Part shown: positions 57,573 through 64,000 of the stretch, in pieces
Layout of the letters: every line of letters begins with the position of its first letter
Position numbering within the stretch: the first letter of the stretch is position 1
Assembly: GCF_044324875.1 (NCBI RefSeq)
Contig: NZ_CP172185.1
Length of the DNA stretch: 64,000 bases
Source of the DNA: Escherichia coli
GTDB taxonomy: Bacteria; Pseudomonadota; Gammaproteobacteria; Enterobacterales; Enterobacteriaceae
Strand: one strand, 5' to 3'
The notes under the pieces: generated by a model
What the model was told of the DNA's origin: nothing
Database searches by the model: none
Seen by the model: the letters and a program-made list of their open reading frames with translations, nothing else
Made by a program: the position numbers and the translations under genes

Positions 57573-58648
57573 GCAACCTCCCCGGCGGCAATAGCCAACG
57601 CCCGCTGCCAGCCTTGCAGATAGTTCGGGCTAAAGAAGGCAATGGTGTTTTTATCCACCGACGCCAACTGGCGCTGCGCTTCACGCACAATATCCTCGTT
57701 GAGATCGTCGGTAGTAAACAGCACCGGCAAATGCTGTTCCGTCATATCCTGCCAGAACGGATTTTCCCGGTTAAGCACACAAGGAATGCCCGCCTGAATC
57801 AGTAAGCACAGCGTACCAATGCCCTGCTGGCGGGCAAAAATAAAGTAACCAAGATCGCACTGACGAAGTAGCGTCAGATAGGCGTCAAATTCCAGTTTTT
57901 CGCTCAGAACTTGCAGATTTTCTTCGCTGAATAACTCCAGCCCCGCCTGACGAACTTCCTCGATGTACGCTTCGTTATTAGGCGGATATCCCATCGGCAC
58001 CACCACTTTTACCGTATCGCCAAATTGCTGATGAACGGCGCGCAAGGCAGCAATATGCTCATTGCTGCGGTCGCCGGAGTTGCCCACCAGAATGGTCATT
58101 TTCCCTTCACGTTGCCGATCGTTCGCCATCGTATTGAGAGAAGGGTCCATCCGCGTCGGGAAGTACAGCAGTTCGCCCCGCACCTTTGGGTGCGTTTTGG
58201 CAAAAAAGCTCAAATCGCCGCGGGTGGCAAACACACAGCCGACTCGCTTTTGCGCCAGGCGACGTAGCGGGTAAAAAAGCTTATATCTCAAGCCACTGGA
58301 AAGCTCATACAGATCTGCTCCCCAGATATGCCAGTAAAACTGGCTGGGCTTAATGCCACCACTCAGCAGAGCCAGCCACAGTGTGGGATTGAACTGACCG
58401 TGGAAGAAAAATCGCTGCTGACGGTTAGCTTTTGCTTTCGCGATGACCGCTTCCGCCAGCGATTTTTTCCCAGGGAAAAATTGCACAGAAAGCGCCGGAC
58501 AGCTATCACTTAAGCCGTCGTCCTTGCCAACAACCATAAACTCGCGCGCGTGCTCGCTCGTCGCGGCCAGCGCGTCGTTGAAAAACCGCAAAACGGTTCG
58601 GTTATGGTGAGGGATATCCGATCCCAGTACGTGAATCAGTACAGTCAT
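57569..58648 (-). CDS. wecF: TDP-N-acetylfucosamine:lipid II N-acetylfucosaminyltransferase
   Basis: 359-aa ORF; conserved position in the ECA cluster; overlapping stop/start with neighbours. Confidence 0.85.
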   Translation of the reverse strand: MTVLIHVLGSDIPHHNRTVLRFFNDALAATSEHAREFMVVGKDDGLSDSCPALSVQFFPGKKSLAEAVIAKAKANRQQRFFFHGQFNPTLWLALLSGGIKPSQFYWHIWGADLYELSSGLRYKLFYPLRRLAQKRVGCVFATRGDLSFFAKTHPKVRGELLYFPTRMDPSLNTMANDRQREGKMTILVGNSGDRSNEHIAALRAVHQQFGDTVKVVVPMGYPPNNEAYIEEVRQAGLELFSEENLQVLSEKLEFDAYLTLLRQCDLGYFIFARQQGIGTLCLLIQAGIPCVLNRENPFWQDMTEQHLPVLFTTDDLNEDIVREAQRQLASVDKNTIAFFSPNYLQGWQRALAIAAGEVA

Positions 58649-59895
58649 GCCCGCCTACGCCAGAGTAAAAACACGCCACAACAAAGAGAAAAATAGACGA
58701 TATAGGTTGCCATATAGGCCTGCGCCGCGCCCAGTGCGCCATGCGCAGGGATTAGCCAGTGGGCAAATACCATCAATAAAGTGAACTGGCTGACTTCCGC
58801 CAGAATATAAAACCGCAGTGACGCTTTGGCGATCACCAGATAACCAAAGACATAAGCGCCCACTTTTAACACATCACCCACCAACTGCCAGGCAAAGAGA
58901 TCGCGCATAGCGGTAAATTTATTCGACAACAGCAGCCAGATAGCAAAATCACGCAGCAACCAGACGGTAAAACTCGCCGCCGCCACTGCCGGTAAGACGA
59001 ATTTCAGCGATTTAACTACTTCCCGGGTGATATCGCGCTTTTCCGTTAGCCGCGACAACGTGGGCAGCAAATATACGCTGAACGATGCCGTAATAAATTG
59101 CAGGTAGGCATCGGAAATACTGCTCACCCCTTGCCAGATCCCCACTTCATCCCAGCTATACTGCGCCGCCAGCAGTTTACGCATCATGATGTAAGCAACA
59201 GGCAAGGTCACCGACGTAATCAACGCCATGAGCGTAAATTTGCTCAACTGCCCTGCCAGACCGTTATCCCAGCTGGGTTTCAGATAGCTTAACGGGATGA
59301 CACCTCGTTTGATCAACATGATGGCGGCAGGAATCACCACCAGCGCGGGAATCAGCGCCAGACCCAGCAACGCCCCTTCATAACCGCCCAAACGGTAACT
59401 GACGTAGTACGCGAGAACGCCAATCAAGCTGCCGACAATCAGCGATAACGCATTACCTGCGGCATCGCGAAAGCCTTTCATCAGCGCCAGTAACAGGTTG
59501 CCCCAGGCGATCCCCATTTGCACCAGCGCCACTAAACGCACCAGCCCCTGATAGTCGGTATTACCAAACAATCCCTGGCTGATTGGCGCAGCTGCCAGCA
59601 CAAAAACCAGCGCCATCAGCGTAGAGAAGCCAAGTACCATCGCTGATGAAGTGCCGACCACGCGGCGCAGCTGTTGCGGATTATCATGGTACTGGGCAAC
59701 GTATTTAGTTACGCCGTTAAAGATGCCAGCCCCGGCAAGCACGCCGAGCACGGTAATCAACTGGCGGAAATTTGCCGCCAGCCCAAGCCCCGCCGGACCA
59801 AATGACACCGCCAGCAACTTACCGACCAGTAACCCGGCACCAATCTTGACCAGTGTACTGGCCGCCGTCCACAAGGACGCTTTTGCCAACGACAT
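58645..59895 (-). CDS. wzxE: ECA lipid III flippase
   Basis: 416-aa polytopic membrane ORF (Wzx/MOP family); conserved position. Confidence 0.85.
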   Translation of the reverse strand: MSLAKASLWTAASTLVKIGAGLLVGKLLAVSFGPAGLGLAANFRQLITVLGVLAGAGIFNGVTKYVAQYHDNPQQLRRVVGTSSAMVLGFSTLMALVFVLAAAPISQGLFGNTDYQGLVRLVALVQMGIAWGNLLLALMKGFRDAAGNALSLIVGSLIGVLAYYVSYRLGGYEGALLGLALIPALVVIPAAIMLIKRGVIPLSYLKPSWDNGLAGQLSKFTLMALITSVTLPVAYIMMRKLLAAQYSWDEVGIWQGVSSISDAYLQFITASFSVYLLPTLSRLTEKRDITREVVKSLKFVLPAVAAASFTVWLLRDFAIWLLLSNKFTAMRDLFAWQLVGDVLKVGAYVFGYLVIAKASLRFYILAEVSQFTLLMVFAHWLIPAHGALGAAQAYMATYIVYFSLCCGVFLLWRRRA

Positions 59896-59896
59896 A

Positions 59897-61027
59897 TCAG
59901 GAGAAGTAGTTCAACAAAGTCGCAATTACCGTACGCTGATTGACGGGCGACAGGTTGTAGAACAGCGGCAGGCGCAGCAGGCGCTCGCTCTCTTTGGTGG
60001 TGTAGCGATCTTCACCGTGGAACTCACCAAAGCGTTCCCCCGCAGGGCAACCGTGCAGCGGAATGTAATGGAACACCGCCATGATTTCCGCTTCTTTCAG
60101 AAAGTTAATCAACGCGCTCCGGTCATCAATATCCCGCAGTTTAATGTAGAACATATGCGCGTTCTGCACGCAGCCATCGGGAATCGACGGCAGCTCGATA
60201 CGCCCGGCTTTCGCCAGAGGTGCTAACGCATCGTAGTAGTTTTGCCACAGCGCCAGACGTTGCTGATTGATACGATCCGCTGCTTCCAGTTGCGCCCACA
60301 GGTACGCAGCTTGCAGATCGGACATCAAATAGCTGGAGCCAATATCGCGCCAGGTATATTTATCGACCTGACCACGGAAGAACTGGCTGCGGTTAGTGCC
60401 TTTTTCACGGATGATCTCGGCGCGTTCGATTAACGCTTTATCGTTAATCAGCGTCGCGCCGCCTTCACCGCCCGCCGTGTAGTTTTTGGTTTCATGGAAG
60501 CTAAAGCAGCCAATATGACCAATGGTTCCCAGCGCACGCCCTTTGTAAGTGGACATCACGCCCTGAGCGGCATCTTCCACCACAAACAGATTATGCTTTT
60601 TCGCCAACGCCATAATGGTGTCCATTTCGCAGGCCACACCCGCGTAATGGACCGGCACGATAACGCGCGTTTTGTCGGTGATCGCTGCTTCAATCAACGT
60701 TTCGTCGATGTTCATGGTGTCCGGGCGAACATCCACAAAAACGATTTTTGCGCCACGCAGCACAAAGGCATTGGCGGTGGAGACAAAGGTGTAGCTCGGC
60801 ATGATCACTTCATCGCCAGGCTGGATATCGAGCAGCAGCGCCGCCATCTCCAGCGAAGCGGTGCAGGATGGCGTCAGTAACACTTTGGCGCTGCCAAAAC
60901 GTTGCTCCAGCCACTGCTGGCAGCGACGGGTAAAACCGCCATCGCCACACAGTTTGCCACTACCCATTGCCGACTGCATATAGTCGAGTTCGGTTCCCAC
61001 CACCGGCGGTGCGTTAAATGGAATCAT
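59897..61027 (-). CDS. wecE: dTDP-4-amino-4,6-dideoxygalactose transaminase (DegT/aminotransferase family)
   Basis: 376-aa ORF of the PLP-dependent DegT/DnrJ/EryC1 family. Confidence 0.9.
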   Translation of the reverse strand: MIPFNAPPVVGTELDYMQSAMGSGKLCGDGGFTRRCQQWLEQRFGSAKVLLTPSCTASLEMAALLLDIQPGDEVIMPSYTFVSTANAFVLRGAKIVFVDVRPDTMNIDETLIEAAITDKTRVIVPVHYAGVACEMDTIMALAKKHNLFVVEDAAQGVMSTYKGRALGTIGHIGCFSFHETKNYTAGGEGGATLINDKALIERAEIIREKGTNRSQFFRGQVDKYTWRDIGSSYLMSDLQAAYLWAQLEAADRINQQRLALWQNYYDALAPLAKAGRIELPSIPDGCVQNAHMFYIKLRDIDDRSALINFLKEAEIMAVFHYIPLHGCPAGERFGEFHGEDRYTTKESERLLRLPLFYNLSPVNQRTVIATLLNYFS

Positions 61028-61031
61028 GTGA

Positions 61032-61706
61032 TCACCTGTATAACCAGTACGCGGTGCTTTCTACATTCGCACCACTTTGTATGTATCGTTTTAGCGCGGC
61101 GGTGTTGCCCATTTGGGTCGCCACCCGCAAAGTTGTTTTACCGCGAGCATACGCCCAGTTTAGCGCCGTTTGCATCAGCTCAGCACCTGCACCTCGTCCA
61201 GCCAGCAGGCCAATTCGCGCATCTGTCGCATTGAGTTCCCGTAAAGAGACATAGCCGCGAATATCGCCGGACGCCGCACGTAAAATCAGACATTGATGAT
61301 CAAAGGTGCCGCGCACGGCATTTTCAATCCACTGTGCATAAAAGCGTCCGCTGGCGTCAGGCGCATACCACGGCGCACGAAAACGGCTTTGCGCAAATGC
61401 GGCGCTGGCTAACTGACGTAATGCGGGAATATCGGTCTCTTGTGCCACTACAGCACCACTATCACTGACATTGTTCACGGGTAGCGCCAAATCAACTTCA
61501 CCTTCTACCAGGGAGAATCCCAGCTGTTGCAGGGCATCCAGTTCACCCGTATTTGATGCCGCAATTTTGGCCTGTACCCGTGACCACGGCGCTAAGGCGT
61601 CTGACGTCAGGAGCGGTGCTTCAGGCGTGATGCGCACGATGGCGCTGTTAACACCAAAGAAGGCGTTTTCCCAGGTTAGTGGCTCAATACTGGCGCGGAC
61701 GGGCAC
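61032..61706 (-). CDS. wecD: dTDP-fucosamine acetyltransferase (GNAT)
   Basis: 224-aa ORF with a GNAT-like C-terminal half; overlaps the 3' end of rffH by ~23 bp. Confidence 0.8.
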   Translation of the reverse strand: MPVRASIEPLTWENAFFGVNSAIVRITPEAPLLTSDALAPWSRVQAKIAASNTGELDALQQLGFSLVEGEVDLALPVNNVSDSGAVVAQETDIPALRQLASAAFAQSRFRAPWYAPDASGRFYAQWIENAVRGTFDHQCLILRAASGDIRGYVSLRELNATDARIGLLAGRGAGAELMQTALNWAYARGKTTLRVATQMGNTAALKRYIQSGANVESTAYWLYR

Positions 61707-62565
61707 GGAGTAACTCCAGCAGATATTGGCCGTAGCCAGTTTTCGCTAATGAACTGGCAGCACGCTTCACACCCTCGTCATCGAGCCAGCCGTTACGCCA
61801 GGCGATCTCTTCCAGGCAGGCAATCTTAAAGCCCTGGCGTTTTTCCACCGTCTGTACAAAGGTGCTGGCTTCAATCAGGCTGTCGTGAGTGCCAGTGTCC
61901 AGCCAGGCAAATCCGCGCCCGAGCAGTTCAACGGTCAGGTTGCCCGCCTCGAGGTACATCTGGTTGATGGAGGTAATCTCCAGTTCACCACGCTCCGACG
62001 GCTTCACCTGCTTTGCGTACTCCACGACTTTACTGTCGTAGAAATAAAGTCCGGTCACCGCCCAGTTTGACTTCGGCTGTTTTGGCTTTTCTTCCAGCGA
62101 GATCGCACGGAAATTGTCGTCAAACTCCACCACGCCAAAGCGTTCCGGATCCATTACCTGATAGCCAAATACCGTCGCCCCTTCCGTGCGCGCCGCAACA
62201 TGACGCAGCTTCGGACTGAAGCCCTGACCGAAGAAAATGTTATCGCCCAGCACCAGACAAGAAGGTTCACCGTTGAGGAAGGTTTCACCGATGATAAAGG
62301 CCTGCGCCAGACCGTCCGGGCTGGGCTGTTCGGCATATTCCAGCTGGATACCGAACTCACTACCATCGCCCAGCAGGCGCTGGAAATAACCTTTATCTTC
62401 CGGCGTAGTGATGATGAGAATTTCGCGGATACCGGCCAGCATCAGCACCGACAGCGGATAGTAAATCATTGGCTTATCGTAAATCGGCAACAGTTGCTTC
62501 GATACGCCGCGCGTAATCGGATGCAATCGGGTGCCGGAACCGCCCGCCAGGATAATACCTTTCAT
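61684..62565 (-). CDS. rffH: Glucose-1-phosphate thymidylyltransferase
   Basis: 293-aa ORF beginning [38 protein letters not shown]; RmlA family. Confidence 0.9.
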   Translation of the reverse strand: MKGIILAGGSGTRLHPITRGVSKQLLPIYDKPMIYYPLSVLMLAGIREILIITTPEDKGYFQRLLGDGSEFGIQLEYAEQPSPDGLAQAFIIGETFLNGEPSCLVLGDNIFFGQGFSPKLRHVAARTEGATVFGYQVMDPERFGVVEFDDNFRAISLEEKPKQPKSNWAVTGLYFYDSKVVEYAKQVKPSERGELEITSINQMYLEAGNLTVELLGRGFAWLDTGTHDSLIEASTFVQTVEKRQGFKIACLEEIAWRNGWLDDEGVKRAASSLAKTGYGQYLLELLRARPRQY

Positions 62566-62583
62566 GTTTGCCTCCGCTGAAAA

Positions 62584-63651
62584 TTAGCCTTTCAGACCTA
62601 AACGCTCGCCCTGATAGCTGCCGTCCTGCACCTGCTTCCACCAGCTTTCATTAGCCAGATACCACTGCACCGTTTTACGCATTCCACTTTCAAAGGTTTC
62701 CTGCGGCAGCCAGCCAAGTTCATGGGCAATTTTCGAAGCATCAATGGCATAACGCAGATCATGCCCCGGACGGTCAGCGACAAAGGTGATCAGGTCATGA
62801 TAGTGCGCCACGCCGTGCGGCTTGTTTGGAGCCAGTTCTTCCAGCAGCTCGCAAATGGTTTCCACAACATCGAGATTCTTACGCTCGTTGTGACCACCAA
62901 TATTATAGGTTTCACCGACTTTCCCGGTGGTCGCCACGCAATACAGCGCGCGGGCGTGATCTTCCACATACAGCCAGTCACGGATTTGCTGCCCGTTGCC
63001 ATATACCGGCAGCGGTTTACCCGCCAGCGCGTTGAGGATCATCAGCGGGATCAGTTTTTCCGGAAAGTGGTAAGGACCGTAGTTATTCGAGCAGTTGGTG
63101 ATAAGCGTCGGCAGACCATAGGTCCGCAGCCAGGCGCGCACCAGGTGGTCGCTGCTGGCTTTTGAAGCGGAATAGGGGCTGCTCGGCGCATACGGCGTGG
63201 TTTCGGTGAAGAAATCATCCGTCGAGTGCAGGTCACCATATACTTCGTCAGTGGAGATGTGATGAAAACGGAACGCTGATTTTTTATCTTCCGTCAGCGC
63301 ATTCCAGTAAGCCCGCGCCGCTTCAAGCAATGTATAAGTCCCGACAATGTTGGTTTCAATAAACGCTGCCGGGCCGTCAATAGAACGGTCAACATGGCTT
63401 TCGGCTGCCAGATGCATGACACAGTCTGGCTGATGCTCAGTGAATACGCGCGCCAGTTCTGCCCGATCGCAGATATCAACTTTCTCAAAGGCAAAGCGCT
63501 CGCTTTGCGCGACCGGTGCCAGCGACATCAGATTTCCGGCGTAGGTCAGCTTATCGACCACTACCACCGCGTCGCTCGTTTCGTTGATGATATAACGCAC
63601 CAGCGCCGAGCCAATAAACCCGGCACCACCTGTTATCAGAATCTTTCTCAT
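62584..63651 (-). CDS. rffG: dTDP-glucose 4,6-dehydratase
   Basis: ORF track begins at 63660; known start [20 protein letters not shown] (Rossmann GxxGxxG) gives 355 aa. Confidence 0.9.
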   Translation of the reverse strand: MRKILITGGAGFIGSALVRYIINETSDAVVVVDKLTYAGNLMSLAPVAQSERFAFEKVDICDRAELARVFTEHQPDCVMHLAAESHVDRSIDGPAAFIETNIVGTYTLLEAARAYWNALTEDKKSAFRFHHISTDEVYGDLHSTDDFFTETTPYAPSSPYSASKASSDHLVRAWLRTYGLPTLITNCSNNYGPYHFPEKLIPLMILNALAGKPLPVYGNGQQIRDWLYVEDHARALYCVATTGKVGETYNIGGHNERKNLDVVETICELLEELAPNKPHGVAHYHDLITFVADRPGHDLRYAIDASKIAHELGWLPQETFESGMRKTVQWYLANESWWKQVQDGSYQGERLGLKG

Positions 63652-64000
63652 CAGCGCCAAACTCCTTTGGCATCGACGACATACTGCTGATGGACATTGT
63701 CGCCATTGATAACTTTGAACTGACTATGATCGACCAACATCACCAGCACATCTGCCGTTGCCAGCGCCTCGTCAAGCTGCGCCAGAGTACAAAGCCCGGT
63801 CAGTTTCTTCGGCAACTGGTGGATGTTAGGCTCAACAACCAGCGTTTCGCCGCTGTGCCACTGGGCGATCAGTTCAGCGATTTCCATCGCCGGGCTTTCG
63901 CGCAGGTCATCAATATTCGGTTTAAACGCCAGACCAAAGCAGGCGATTTTCAGTTCGCTGGCGCGTTTATCGGTAGCCGCCAGGCAATCAGCCACCGCCG
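63651..64000 (-). CDS. wecC: UDP-N-acetyl-D-mannosamine dehydrogenase, C-terminal part (gene continues beyond window end)
   Basis: ORF still open at the window edge, ending ...[12 protein letters not shown]; UDP-glucose/GDP-mannose dehydrogenase family C-terminus; conserved position upstream of rffG. Confidence 0.8.
   Translation of the reverse strand, partial: AVADCLAATDKRASELKIACFGLAFKPNIDDLRESPAMEIAELIAQWHSGETLVVEPNIHQLPKKLTGLCTLAQLDEALATADVLVMLVDHSQFKVINGDNVHQQYVVDAKGVWR

Overview
This window reads as an Escherichia coli-type chromosomal backbone, collinear with the K-12 fre–ubiD–rfaH–tatDCBA–ubiBJE–rmuC–udp–ysgA–metE–metR–yigM–yigL–pldB–rhtBC–recQ–pldA–yigI–rarD–yigGF–corA–yigE–uvrD–yigB–xerC–yigA–dapF–yifL–cyaY–cyaA–hemCDXY–glmZ–aslAB–tRNA(argX-hisR-leuT-proM)–yifK–wec(ECA) region, in inverted orientation. 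Gene identities come from my recall of the K-12 proteins against the supplied ORF translations; no database search was run. Hand-located RNA, terminator and repeat coordinates may be off by 1-2 nt. Against this backbone I see four segments I do not recall from K-12. (1) An AT-rich ~2.3 kb insertion between ysgA and metE encodes an orphan Hcp (T6SS tube protein) fused to a ~210-aa C-terminal extension, followed by two tandem paralogous ~85-aa genes, the first start-stop overlapped (ATGA) with the Hcp fusion. This is the strongest candidate for a novel effector/immunity module. (2) A ~6 kb insertion between yifL and cyaY holds a small membrane-anchored protein and three tandem mosaic paralogs of secreted repeat proteins with DKNYY-like motifs, each preceded by a repeated leader module, plus a truncated leader remnant. 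(3) A signal-peptide-bearing DUF62-like (SAM hydroxide adenosyltransferase family) gene sits between yigE and uvrD. (4) A 199-aa ORF lies between hemY and the sRNA gene glmZ. No CRISPR array, transposase or integrase was seen.
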